Under the pieces are notes generated by a model that was not told the origin of the DNA, made no database searches, and saw only the letters and a list, made by a program, of their open reading frames with translations. The position numbers were made by a program, and so were the translations under genes. A stretch of DNA of 59,195 bases from Chromera velia. Taxonomy: Eukaryota. Shown piece by piece: positions 1-13,263 of the stretch (position 1 is the first letter of the stretch; each line of letters begins with the position of its first letter). The stretch is from the NCBI GenBank assembly GCA_018398765.1, contig JAHBMJ010000014.1, positions 1 through 59,195 on the forward strand, given 5' to 3'.

Positions 1-390
1 CCCCCCCCCCCCCCCCCCCCCCCGGGAACAAACCCAAATTGTTCTCCAGAGAGAAACTCTGGGAAAGACGCGAAGGTCCCTTTCAGCGCAGGAGAGACGC
101 ATCCCCTCAAGGACACGCGGTCATCAGGCAGGGAGGGGGGTACTGTGTCCTCCACGCTAACGGACTGGGACGCCGAGTTCTCATTTCCCGAGCGGTCAGT
201 GCTGACGAATACCCGTTCAACCGTCCCGACTGTACACACCCCGCCCTCAGAAGAAGAAGGAGGGCAGCCGCTGAAGTCCAGTGTGAGGGAGCAGGGCCCC
301 TCAGGCAGGGTACACTCTCCGTCGGCAGACTGGAAGGTCTGGGTGCAGGTCACCAACAGGGCGTCCTCTCCGCACGATTCGTCGTTGTCT

Positions 391-430
<40 letters not shown>

Positions 431-3400
431 GAGAACTGAGTGCCAATCGAGAGGCAGACACGGACCGCCTGACCTACAGAGAGAGAGACAAGGAAAGGGG
501 AACCGGGGCACGGTCTAGCCGGTCGAAGATGAGAAGCACATGAATGAATGAGAAGGGACAAACAATCGAGAAGAAACAACAGCACATGAGCCGAGAGCCC
601 CCTCGAAGGCGGCGGCCGGCAGCAATCAGACAGACGGAATTAATGACTGACTGACTGACTGTGTGGCGACGGAGGCCAGGGGAGGGAGGCTGCCGTCTTC
701 CCCCGGGCTGTCGGCACACGAGGCTGCACCGCTCTCTCCGTTTGCGCATGTCAAGCTGATTGATGGTGGGAGATCATCAAAAATCTGCATGCAGGACGAC
801 GGGCAAGATCGAAAATCAAGATCCTCATGTGGTTGGTGTGGTGAGACAAAACTGCTTCAACTGCGCGATTCACACGGCTGGCTCACCTTCTTTATGGCAT
901 GGGCCATCAATTAAATAAATACAAACAGGAAACAGACAGAGAGGCGGAGAGACAGAAAGATAGGCGGACGGACAAACGCATTCCCAGACACACCCAAGGA
1001 CGGAGAACGCGCTAGCTTCTAAATTGGACGATTGGACGGACGAATTTTCTGCAGACAACGGACCTCAACGGCTTGCGTTCCTGTCGCCCCGTTCCCTGCC
1101 GGGTCTTTTGCCACGAGGAGGAGCGTGGAGGCCTCAATCGCCCCTCTGCAGTCAGGGCACCGAAGTGCAGTGGCCTCGTCGCCCACTGCAGGACAAGGGA
1201 GCGCCTCCGTTGAAGAGACAGAGACGTTCACTTCCCCCCTCCCCTCGTCCACGTCGAAGCAAGGGTCATTGTCGGTCGCTGAGATCCCAACGAGAGTCTC
1301 CAGAGGGGAAGAGAGAAGCTCAGAAGCGTTGACCTGCAGGATCGAGCGCACACATGCACCCGTGAAAAGAGGAGAGGAGAGAAACGTCAAACCTCACGCA
1401 TACACTCTGCCATCTCCACTTCTTATCTTGCCGATTGGACGGCCGTTTTCTGAAGGCCAGGAAGTTCAAATGATTTTCAAGCAAGGGGAGCATCCTGCTG
1501 AACTCCCTTGCGACAGACCAAGCGACGGAAAAAAGAGACCAGAAATTGCAGTAGGGGAGAGGAAGAGAGAGAGGGAGACACAAAGAAAAGCAGCGGACTT
1601 GGATCAACAGAAAGAGAAAGGGAAGCACGCAGCAAACACACACTGTGCAGGAAAGAAAGGAAAAGAAACGCAGGAGTCAGAGAGAGAGAGAGAGAGAGAG
1701 AGAAAGCGGACCCTGAGAGGACCCGGGTCTGTCCCCGTGAAGGTTGGAGGGTTGACGTCCGTCACGACTAGCTGCTGTGTGAAGATGAAGTCGTTCAGCG
1801 CGTACGTCCGGATAGCCACAAAAAGGATCGTCTCGTCTGCATGCAGGAAAGGAACAAGAGGGAGGGAGGGAGGGAGAACACGTATACGTCATGTTATTTC
1901 AATGTGTCGAAACTTGCATTTTTTACGAAGACAGAAAATAATACAAAGGAGACCATCACGTGTTTTGGGAGGGAAAGTGTCATTGAAGGACGGAAGACGA
2001 GAGTATCTTCTTCTGGCACACACGTTTATGCTGCATTCGTCGATTCGTCTCGATCATACGTTGAGACACTGCGCATGGAGAGCCTGTAGGAATCTGTCCG
2101 GGCTATTTCTTTTCTTATCTGCTTTGTTTGATCGGCGGATCTCTGCCTGCATTCCCCCCACGCAATTAATTCAACAAAAGGGCGGCCGTACACCAGTACT
2201 GACTCACCCACTCACTCTGGTCGCATGGAGGAAGGTCGATCTCCAAGGTCGGGTCCACCACAACCTCCCCCCCCGTCTCGTTGGTCAGGATCACCCGCAG
2301 AGGGGGGGGCAGGGTGTATTCTGCTCAGGGCAGGCAGGCAGGCAGGCAGGCAGGAGGGTAAAAGGGGTTAGAAGGATCGGGCGGAAAATACGTATGGCTG
2401 CTGCACCTCAAGTGAGCAATGGAAAGCAGCAGCAACGAGAAAGAAGAGGGGCAGCACAAACTGCCCGAAACATGCAGGCAGAAAAAATGCAGGCATGAAG
2501 GAAGACAGGGCAGCCCCTCTTGGACGCCTGAAGGTGCCTCCCGTTCGGCGTCAACCGACTACCGGAGAGAGAACATAAAATCAGGGAGAGAAAGCAGACG
2601 GATCGAGGCAGAACTGCACATTCTTTTTCTCCGGAATGTCCCCCCCCTCACTTTCTTCCTTCCTTCCCTACCCCCTTAATTGTCTGTCTGTCTTTCTGTC
2701 TGACCTGTTCCGTTGACGTCCACGACCTCCCCGTTCGGGTCCGTCAGGTTGGAGTCGATGGGCACAGTCAGCACAGTCCCGTTCTGCTTGTGTTTGTTTC
2801 GAGCAGGCACGCAGGCAGGCCGGCAGGCAGCCGATGATGGATGATGGAAGTGATACACGAAAAGTTGGGAAGCAGAAGAAAGGAAAGAAAGCAATGACGA
2901 GAGGATGAGGACCCGGTCTGCATTCTTTGTCTGTTGCTTGCCTCGATTGTGCCTGTTGGATCCCTACGAGTGTTTCCATGTGAGGCAGTATGTCTGTGTC
3001 TCTGTATGTGTGTGTGAGAGAGAGAGAGAGAAACAGAGAGAAGACGAAGGAAGGAAGACGGACCGGCACAGGCATTCCCCCCACGTCGACAGAGAAAAGG
3101 ACCGACACGACCTGCACGAACGGCTCGGCCTGGTTCCCCGCGGCGTCTGCCGCAGTGTAGGTGAACGTGTAGTTGACTGCCAGGGAGAATTGCGCATCGT
3201 CCCCGGGAAAGGAGAAGAACTCGGGGGAGCTCGGCATGGACACCGAAGTCGTTGCCTGCACCTCCCGCGTACCTCCATCGACGCATCCCGTCAGGGGGGT
3301 GTCGCAGAAACAGAACACGTCGTTGTCCGTGGCAGTCAGAACAGGGGGCTCGGGGGGGTCCGGGGTGAACGGGAGGAATCTGCAGGCGGGAGGGAAGGAA

Positions 3401-6400
3401 GGAAGGAAGCAGCCATCAGAATGAGACAAAAAACGAGGGGAAAGGGGGGGAAGGGGAGACATCGGCATGACACAAAATGATGCAGCAGTTTGAGACACCG
3501 ACACACATAGAGTGAACGCAAAAACTGCCGCGGTGTGGAAGAATGAAGGGCGGGCGAGGAGACGAAGAACAGTCGACGTACTGACACACATCTGCGTAGG
3601 CTGATCTCCTGAGAGGATCACAGGAGCGATGTCGTCGAGTACCGTGACCTGCTGGGAGCCCTGAAGAAGATTGCCTGCGAGATCGGAGACCTCGAGGGAG
3701 CGCTGTGCGGTGAAGAGGACCCCCGGCTGGCTGGCATCGTCACACTCCCTTATGAGGAGAGTGCCCGGGGTAGACTCGACTTCGAGGACGCAGCCGCTGA
3801 GGTCCTCAACGAAGGGGAGCTGCTGGAGGGGACTGGAGGACACGGGGACTCCTGCATGCATGCATTGCGTGATGATAGACGGAAGGGGGGAAGGAAGTAT
3901 GCGCAGACAGACAGACGGACAGAGGCAGACGACAAAGCAAGAAAAACACTGATCGATGGAGGCGGTGAAGAGAGGAAAGAAGCAAGCGAGACTTGCGAGG
4001 AACCGGATCATGCGAATTGAATCACTGTCCCTTTGTCGGTGGTGGCACTCTTACTGAGTCCTCTTTTACACTTTCCCTTCCTCTTGTTCATTGACATTTC
4101 ATCGTGATCTGTTACGCCTCCATGGGATACTCAGAGATCGCGATGCGCGCACATGCAAGTCAGTTGGGGACTTCCTTCACTCGCGCATGTACGCACATGA
4201 AAACCTTCCCCCTCCGGGTCGCGCGCACTCACCCGCGTTTGTGAAGAGCCCGTCGGAAGCGTTGACTTGAATCTCCCCCTCAAAGTCAACGAACTCGGGG
4301 GGGTCCTCGTCTTTCACGTTGGTGGTCTCTGTGTAGGTCACTGTGTTGTTACCCGGGTCTGTGACTGAGACCGTGCGGACGAGGGAGGCGATGATCTGTC
4401 CGGGCGCGGGGGCGTTCTCAGGGAGGCATTCGAGAGGAAAGTCCTCGGTGGTGTCGGAAATGTCGACGGAGGGGTCGAAGCACTGGTGCCCGTCGGTAGC
4501 GGTGGCCTCTGGGGCCGGGATGGCCCGGGTCTCTGCGGGCAGGTAGAGTGCGATGTCGACCTCGGTCTCCTCCTCTGCACCGTCTGCAACTTCGATGCCC
4601 CCGATGGACAACTGGGGGGGGACGTCGTCTGCCACCACCAACACTACCTTGACAGTCGCCGTATTTCCCGCAAGGTCGCTGGTGCTGTAGGTGTAGGTCA
4701 GGCGGACCGTCTCCTCGGTGGCGTTGGTGCAGTCAGGGTCTGAGACAGTGAAGTCTTCGAGGGCCAGCGGCTGGCTGGCGATGTCCTCGAAGCATTCAGA
4801 GGTGAAGGGGCTCTCGTCGTCTATAGGAAATACTGCGTCGGGGTCGAATCCCGCCTGCTCCTGGATGAGCCGTGGAATTTGATTAGCTGGGGAGTTGCCG
4901 ACTGAAACGGCGGTGAGAGGGATGGTGTTAATAATACCAAGAGAACTAAACGGGACTCTGATGACTCTCTCGTCTCCCTCCTCCTCGAAGGGGGGGATGC
5001 CCGTGAAATCTGGGGGTGTGGTGTCTGTGATAAAGAAGTTCTGGGACACAGTTCCGGTGTTGCCTGCGGGATCCGTGGCGGTCCATTGACGCACGAATAC
5101 CGCCACAAAGTCAACACATTCCGTGAGGGTGGTCATATCGTTGTCCCCGTTTGTCTGCAGTCTGCGTCGTCTCCTTCGCCTGTTCATCTCCTGTCCAACC
5201 CCGCTAAAGATGAATCGATCGGAATTGTTCTGTTGCAGGAGGAACTCTTCTGCAGAGAGAATCGCAGCGTTCTCTACCAGAAGAATTGAGGATTGGTTGA
5301 AGCAGGGGAAGTTATCCACGGCGATGGGGGGGCGATCTGGGAGGGGCTGGCTGCTCGTCCCCAAATCGAAGTCAAACTCACCGCTTGAGAGAATAGCATC
5401 TCCAGGAGGAAAGATAAAAGAGGGGGGCGCGGTGTCCACCGGGTTTGTGTTCTCTGCCGCTTCCGGGTCTCTGCAGTTGAACCGCCCACACGCGGGAGGA
5501 CCGCACTGAAACTCAGGCCGCGTGCACGTGGACGGGCAGCAGTCACCTGCACGCACGCAGACCATGCATGCAGAAAGAACACTCTGGGATCGCACAAGCA
5601 GCAGCCAAACAAGCAGTCAGTCCGATGAGAGACTGACCGATCGACCTACTCACTCAAGCAATCAAAAATGGCTATCAAGCGAAGCGAGTGCTGCAGAAGA
5701 TGACCTGGCCTTTTCACGATACTCTTCAAACCACCCCAGAAGAACAGGAGAGCACGGCAGAGTTAACAGAGTTCAATGCAGCAAAAGGGACATCAGTTGG
5801 ACAGGAAGAGCCAAAGACCCACCCCCATCCCAATCGCAGGGCAGTTCAGGGTAGTTGAGGTCATCGTCGCAGATGCCGTTGCCGATTCGGGGATTCGGTG
5901 CCCCCCCTGCGGTCGCGTTGAGGGGGCAACTCTCGTTGGCTCTGGTCATATCGTTGGAGGCCGTCAGGTTCGTGTACGGGGAGGGCGTCACAATCGCCCC
6001 GCACTCTGTGCCCAGACTCGTCGTCGTCAGCAGCACGGCCTGAAGGAAGGGGAGAGGAGAGGGGGAGGGGGGGGGGAGGCAGAAACATGCACACCCAGAC
6101 TCAGAATCAGAGGGGAGCGATGCAAGGGGCGTACAACCATTTCTTTGAAGGAAGGAAAACTCACAGATCTCATCAGAAGGCAGCGAGAAAAAGAGACTCA
6201 AAGCGACACACGATGTATTCCAATCAAGTGTCCCCACGCTTCATCCGCAAAGCAGAAATCCGCCCAGGTGGGTTGAGACGAACCAATGAAAAATAAATAG
6301 GCCTCTGAAAAGAAATGAGAAATCAATCTGCCTTCCGGTTCTTCGAATTCGCTCCTTACGGTACGGCCTTGATTCGAGTAAATGTGAGACAATATCACAG

Positions 6401-7305
6401 AGACAAGTCATACGATCCCACGCGAACACATCACATAGATACAATAGAGAAGGCGAACGAACAAACGAACGAACACACCTGAGGGTCCTTGCAGACCATC
6501 TGCACAGGGTTGCACGCGAAGTTCACGATTGTGCTCGACTCAGTCTCCTCCGAGACGTTCAGGAACCCTGCAAGCAAGAATCAAGAAGCAGGCAGAAAGG
6601 CAGGCAGATGCATGCAACCGTCGGGAAAGGAAAGGGAGACTCATGTAGGAATGAATGCAAAGGGGCCTCTCGCCCCCCCCAGAGATGAGCACTGGACAGG
6701 CGAGAATCCCGTCTCCGCTAAAGGAAAGAAAGTGCAAGTTGGAGGAACGTTCAGACGAATAGGTCCAAATCTCTCAATACGCATCCACCCTTCAGTGCAT
6801 CTCTCAGAAACATCCAGTCTTCTCCGAGCTGGAAGCCATCCTGCCAGCCGTGCATGCCAGTGTCTAGTGTCTGACCTGCCACGAAGGTACTGTTCACGTC
6901 CTCCTCCATCATCAAGAGGTCCAAGAGCTCTGCCTCAAGGGAGAGGATCTCCTCCTCGGTTTCCGTCAACACCGGAATCTGCAGACGGAAAGACAGACAG
7001 ACAGATAGACAGACAGGCAGGCACGAGGGCCTTGCAGGCATGTCCAGGCATAAGTCTAGCTGGACTGAGCGCGGTAACCAGAGCAGCACGGAGACGAACG
7101 TAGAGAAAGCCCAGCGGAAAAAGCCCGTTTACTGCCCCCAAAGAAGGAAAAAAAGCCCCCCACCGACCGTGCAAGTCTGCGCACAGCAGTCTCCTCCGTC
7201 ATACTGGCACCTGCACTTAGAGGAACACAGACGGAGAAAGAGAAAGAAAAAGAAACTCAACAATCTACTGATCACTTGCCATCGCCCGAGATCGTTCCGT
7301 CCTCG

Positions 7306-7343
<38 letters not shown>

Positions 7344-10300
7344 CTTCTCTTGTACATAAACGTCTATCGATACCTTCCCACTCCTGTCACTCAGGCATTT
7401 CCATCAGACACCTGAACGTCCTCCACCGAGGATCTCAATTGATCAAACGCCCACCATTCAACCAAGTAGCCGACCGACCAACCAACCAAAAGGTGTTGAG
7501 CACCCCGTCCTCACACAGGCCGTTGCCCAGAGACCGTCCACGTGCCTCCTCTGCCGTCCCCCCTGCTGCCACGTCTACTGCGCCCGCAGCAACGAGCAGC
7601 TGATCGCAAACCTGCTCCCTCTCCGCCTCAGATGCCGACAGGACACTCCCCCGAGTGCCCTCAGGGTCCCACAGAGCAGCTCCCTCTGCCTCCCAGTCGA
7701 CAGGGACCGTCTCGGGGATGCACTCGGAGAGGCTCACCGCACCAGATAGGGCTGTCGTCTGCAGGAGACGAGGAAGAGGAGAGCATCAATCAAGAAATAA
7801 GGCAGCCTCAATCAGACGGAGATGGATGAAGACTCGCAGAACTGCATGCAGTGTGACTCGATCGGCATCCAATTTCAAGGAGGGAGCGCTCCGTCCTCTC
7901 TTCACGAAGTAAGTGCGCTTTCTCATCGATGCGTGCTGAATTCTTCGAGCGTGCCTATGGACAGTCTCCCTACTCGCAGAAGAGGTCTTGGAGGCACAAA
8001 GAAGAAGCTGGACGAAAAAAGAGATTCATTGATCCGCAACAAAGTCCCTCCCTCCCGCATGACAGAGAAAGCAGTGGAGAGACCAACCAACCGACCAGGC
8101 CGGCAGGGCACCTGATACAGCACCTCTGACCCTCCTCTTCTTGGTAGTATCTGCACAAAGTTCTCCCACACACAACGACTCCCACAGACTTACATACTAT
8201 TTCTCTCACACAAGCGGAAACACACGCACTCACACACAATCACAGACACCGCAGGAACAGACAACTCACTCAAAGGACAATCACGGAGTGAAGAAGAGAT
8301 TGACACCAAAGAGATTGCGGGACGTGAATGAGCAAGCACGCAAGAAGATGTTCAGAGGCTCTCGGTAGAAGGACAGTGTCAGATAGTGGCTGTTGAAAAA
8401 TGCCCGTTAACTTTCGGCTGATTTACAAATCTGCTGACTCACCCCACACCACAGACTGTGCAGTAGTGCTCCCCTACGCTCGGGTTGGCAGTTCCTGGGG
8501 GACACGGGGTGCACTCCGCGCTGGCCTCCTGGCTGGCGAAGGTGCCTGCATGCGTGCGTGCAAATATGAGATTATGGAGTCTTCGCATCTGAAGCTGCGG
8601 TTTCGCTGGCGAGACAATGATGTGAGTCCGGAACAATTCTGATCGCGCAGAATGCATACAGAATTCTTGGATCAGCGTTTTTGCGACCCCGCCTCCCACC
8701 TGTCACCGACTGTGAGGAAAGGCCTCCCAGGCACGCGCGCGCACACACACATACATACATACATACATACATACAGAGAGAGAGAGAGAGAGGAATGTCA
8801 GGAGAGGTCGCATTTATGGCGAATTGACGCACGCACCTTCAGGACAGAACTGGCAGGTGTCAGGGTCAACCCCAAACGGACGAGCTGTCCCGATTGGGCA
8901 GGGCGTGCACCCGGCAAGCCCCGCAGCTGCATGCACATGCACTCACGGCAACGCACAAAAAAGGGCGGTGGGGGAATCATTCAAGTTGTGCCCATGAGGG
9001 AGACACCCCTCGTGAGGCACAAGAAGTGCCAGCGAGAGAACCGTGGAGTCCCAAAACGAACGTCACAGAACAGCAGAGGAGCAGAGAAATGCTCACGAAA
9101 ACCTCTCTGGTCAACGTATTGACCGATCAGGACGCACAAATTTCAAAACGCCTCCCGCGCTCCTCTTTCCAACCCCGCGAGTTTACCCTCACTGCCCATC
9201 CCTGTGGCTTTCAACCGTCAGCAAAAGCGCATGTGCACCTTTCTATTTGCACAAAAGAAAGAACCGGCGCGATCGATGAGAGATTGACAAAGAGACCGCA
9301 CGCACGCACGCACCCACGCACCTGCCTCAAGGGTTTCGAATCCAGCCTCACAGGGAAAGCAGAAACCGGACCCGGTCGAATTCGCAAAAGACGACAGGGG
9401 GCAGAGCTCACACTCCACGTTGCCCTCCCCTGACGCGAACTGTCCCTCGGGGCACTCCTCGCACCCATTCCCCTCCGTGTCCGAGAACAGGCCCTCGGCA
9501 CACAACGAGCACGACGCGCTGCCCTCCGAGTCTGTCCCTGAACCCTCCGGACAGGGCACGCAGGCGGTCTGGTTGCCGCTCCTGAAGTAGTTCAACTGGC
9601 AGGGGATGCACTCCCTCGCAATAGAGTCAGCCCCCTCACTGCCGGTTGTCGACAGGGGGGCCCTCTCGAAGCCGTCGAGGCATTGGCAGGCCCACTCGAC
9701 CTGCAGGCAGGCAGGCAGGCAGGCAGGCAGCAGCATGGGCAGGGAGGGAATCGGTGGATCCAAGGAAGGAAGGAAGGAAGTGAGGAAGGAAGGTGAAAAA
9801 GGAATCGATGCTACATGAAGACCTGATTGGGAAGATCAGAGACGCTAGGGAAGGAATTACGGGGTGCAGATAATACTCGGCCCATCATTCAATTTAGGTA
9901 AGGGGCTGTTCATTCAGACAGGCAGAGAGGCTCCCAGACATACGGAAGACAACAAGAATGGGCACGTCTGCGTACTTGTCCCCCAAAAAACTCAGCGACT
10001 CAGCGGACGTCCCAATCAATAGAGAGAGGGCCAAAAAAAAAAAAAAGAAAGAAAGAAAGAAAGAAAGAACGAAAGAAAGAAAGAGCATTTGCCTTGTCAT
10101 TCTTTCTTCTACTCACTTTGATGGCCAGAAGGGGTTCTTCGAGAGACACGCTCATCCCATCCGTCCTCACTGCACTCCACAGCCCCTCATAGTCCACAGT
10201 GCAGTTCGAGTTCACACCCTCCTGCCGGGATCCCGCACACGTCGTGAACGCCCGCACCTCCTCAGTTACGTCCACGTTCGCATCAATTCCAAACCCCTCA

Positions 10301-12748
10301 AAGGCCGTCTGCACAAAAAACTCCATTTACAAAACCAATGAACAACAAGCAGCGGGAATCACGAAGGAAACTCTGCTTCCCCCACAACGGAACAAACCCA
10401 GACAGACAGGTCGGGAGGGGAGGCAGAGAGGAAAAGAGTTTCGAAAAACCACAGACGGAAACATCCAGACGGAATCGTATGTCGGGACACACCCATACAC
10501 GCGGACAGCTTGGAATTTCAAAATTGCAACAACACACACTGCAGGCCAATGGACCCACCCACCTGCTCCCCCTGCTTTGCCAGAGAGATCACGGCAACCC
10601 TGTTGGTCGGGCACACGAATTCCCTCTCTGTCTCCGCGCTCGACCTCAGCGTGTTACTGTACAAGAAGGTCGACTGAGGCAGCGCGTCAGGGGCCACACG
10701 GCCCGACCGGATCGTCTGGACGTTCAGGCATGCGGCCTGGAAGAAATAGGGGAAACAGTCGGCGGCGTTGCAAGAGAGGTCGTCTCCGTCGCCTGCGGGG
10801 AACGGTGGAGAGGGGGGGGGCAGAAAATGAGATCCTTACTCTTTGCGTTCCCCAGTTGCGTCTTTATCGTGAAGCAAATCGAGGAGACTTCACTGGCACA
10901 AACACGTACAGGAAAAAAGAAAAAAGAACGTCTGCAGAGACGGAAAAAAACAAAACTCCAGGAAGAGATCGGGAGGGAAGCCACAGAGAGCGCGTGCGCG
11001 CACGAGAGAGAGAGAGAGAGAGAGAGGCACAGAGCGAGAATGAAGACCCAACGACCCTTTCTCTCTCCCCTGCTTGCCTCCCCCGACTCACCCGAGAGAG
11101 CAGGGCATGCCGTCTCGAAGTCTGTGTCGCACGTCGCCCTCTCGGCCTCGTACTGCGCGTCGAAGGTCGCGAACCTCTGCGCAGACGTCTGGTAGTCGTT
11201 CATGAACTGCCTGAGGCTCACGATCTCCTCCACAGAGTCTGCGTTCAGAGAGTTGCCCTCAAAAAGGTTCCCTGGGTTCGTGCTTCCCTGCATACACACA
11301 CACACACACACACAAGCACAAGCAGAAGCAGACGTGTGTAAACACGCAAACCCCCACAGGCAAAAGCAGAGATGCAACACACAGATGCATCCACGCAGGC
11401 ACGTGCGATCGTTGCGCATCGCAAGCTCAAAATCTGACTGTCTCACAAGGAAACACAGAGAACCACAGATTTCTTTGGGCACTTGTCTGCTGCTCGTGTC
11501 TCTCTCTTCCCCCTGCCGATCCACCTGATCGACCAATGAGCCCGTGAGACCGACGTACCGCCAAGAGGTCGCGGCAGAAAGCGGTGCGAAGGGCGAACTG
11601 GTCGAAGAAGTACGGAGCCCTTGTGCACTCCTGGAAGCACTGGCCGGGCTGCACACCGTTGCACTCGGAGTCCACTGTGAACTTGGTGATGGAGCAGTCG
11701 ACTGGCGTGAAGTTGCAGTCGAGACTGTCGGGTCCTGCATCTCTGGTCTCTCTGGTCATGTACACGTCGTCTGCAGAGATGGTGTCGTCAAGTTCCCTGC
11801 AGAAACCGGAACCACTGGTCTCGAAGGTCGTGCGCCTCCGGCACGCGAGAGAAAAGGCCCGACAGAGGGAGACGCCGCCCTGGGCCCAGCACTTACACTC
11901 CGGTGGGGGGAGGACTAAGGGATTGCCCTGATTTCGGTCCCTAAAGTTGTTTCCGTCATCTCGGTAGGCCGCGTCTTGTGCCGCTTCTGTGGAACAAGTC
12001 GCAAAGTCGAAATCGGAGACGAAGGGAGAGAGGGCGGGATCTTCCGTGAGAGTGGTGGGCGCCTTTCTCCAAGCGTCGGTGGTGAAACATCGGTTGTCAA
12101 TAGCGCCGGGGGGGATCTGTATGCCGTCAAAATCAACTACCGTGAACGGGCCCCGCAGGTGGGTCTCCTCTTCCCGACAGGCCTCAGTGGGCCCACCAGG
12201 GAATATGAAGCCATTCAGAAAGCGCCCGTTGACGGGACAGCGGGCCTGCTCGTCAGAGTTCGGATCTCCGATATTCCCCTGAGCGCCCCTGTTGATGTCG
12301 CAGGTCCAGAACTCGTCTGGGCCCACGAAGTTCCGCAAATTCGTGTTCGGAGGGGGCACGTTGCACATGTTCATGTAGAAGTCGGGGAACGCCCTGCCGG
12401 AGCACTCAGCCGGCACTGAGCCGACTGGGTCGACCGTGGGCGTTCTCGTGAGGGTGCCTGGGACGACCTGCTGGGGGTTCGTGATTGCCGGGGAATTGGT
12501 GAGGAATGCCATGCGCCGCCAGCAGAGCTCTCGAGTGGCGTCGTCTGCAGAAGGACGGAAACGAATAAAGACAACAAAGCTGACTGACTCCTTGGAAAAG
12601 CAGTGGAAAGAGAGGCTGCAGAGAAGAAAGAGGAAGAGAGAAAGCCGAATGGTGCGCTCGAAAAAGGAAAAATGCAGGCGACCTGAACGAGTAGAACACG
12701 CACGTGTTCGCAAAATCCACTGCGTGAAAGACAAAACCCGCAGACACC

Positions 12749-12790
<42 letters not shown>

Positions 12791-13227
12791 AAGAGAGAGA
12801 GGGAGAGAGAGAGGACAGACACACACACAGACAGAGAGAGAGAGGCACTGACAGACTGACCACTGAGGCTGGAGACGCGATTGCAGAAATCCCATTGTCG
12901 ACTCGCGTCCACCTGAACGAACGCATGGGGCACAGAAGATCGCAGAGCGAGCACGGGGAAGGTAGGGAAAGTGAGGAAAGTGCGTATTCTTGATGAAAAT
13001 GGAGCCGGGTTTGTCTGGATGTGCCGCAACAGTCCTTTTGCAGCTGACTGGATGACAAATCAAAGGCACAGTGAAAAGCGGCTTCCTGTCTGCCTGACTG
13101 CCCCCCCTTCTCGTGCTAAGGAGTAAAGACGGACGTTGAGTGTCGGATCCTGCTGTTCGCTTCCGGGCTCCCCAAAAGACTTCGAGGTGAAGGGAGGGCT
13201 GAGCGGGCCCTCTGCAATCAGGTGAAT

Positions 13228-13263
<36 letters not shown>

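Noticed and set aside
1..23. Poly-C run at the window start
   Set aside because: It is an intronic homopolymer or contig-edge effect; similar runs occur throughout.
1032..2498. 488-aa plus-strand ORF (likewise 10199-11341 and 13389-14390)
   Set aside because: They are antisense to exons and introns of the giant gene, run through (GA)n microsatellites and have no motifs. Long open frames are expected where TA-containing stops are scarce.
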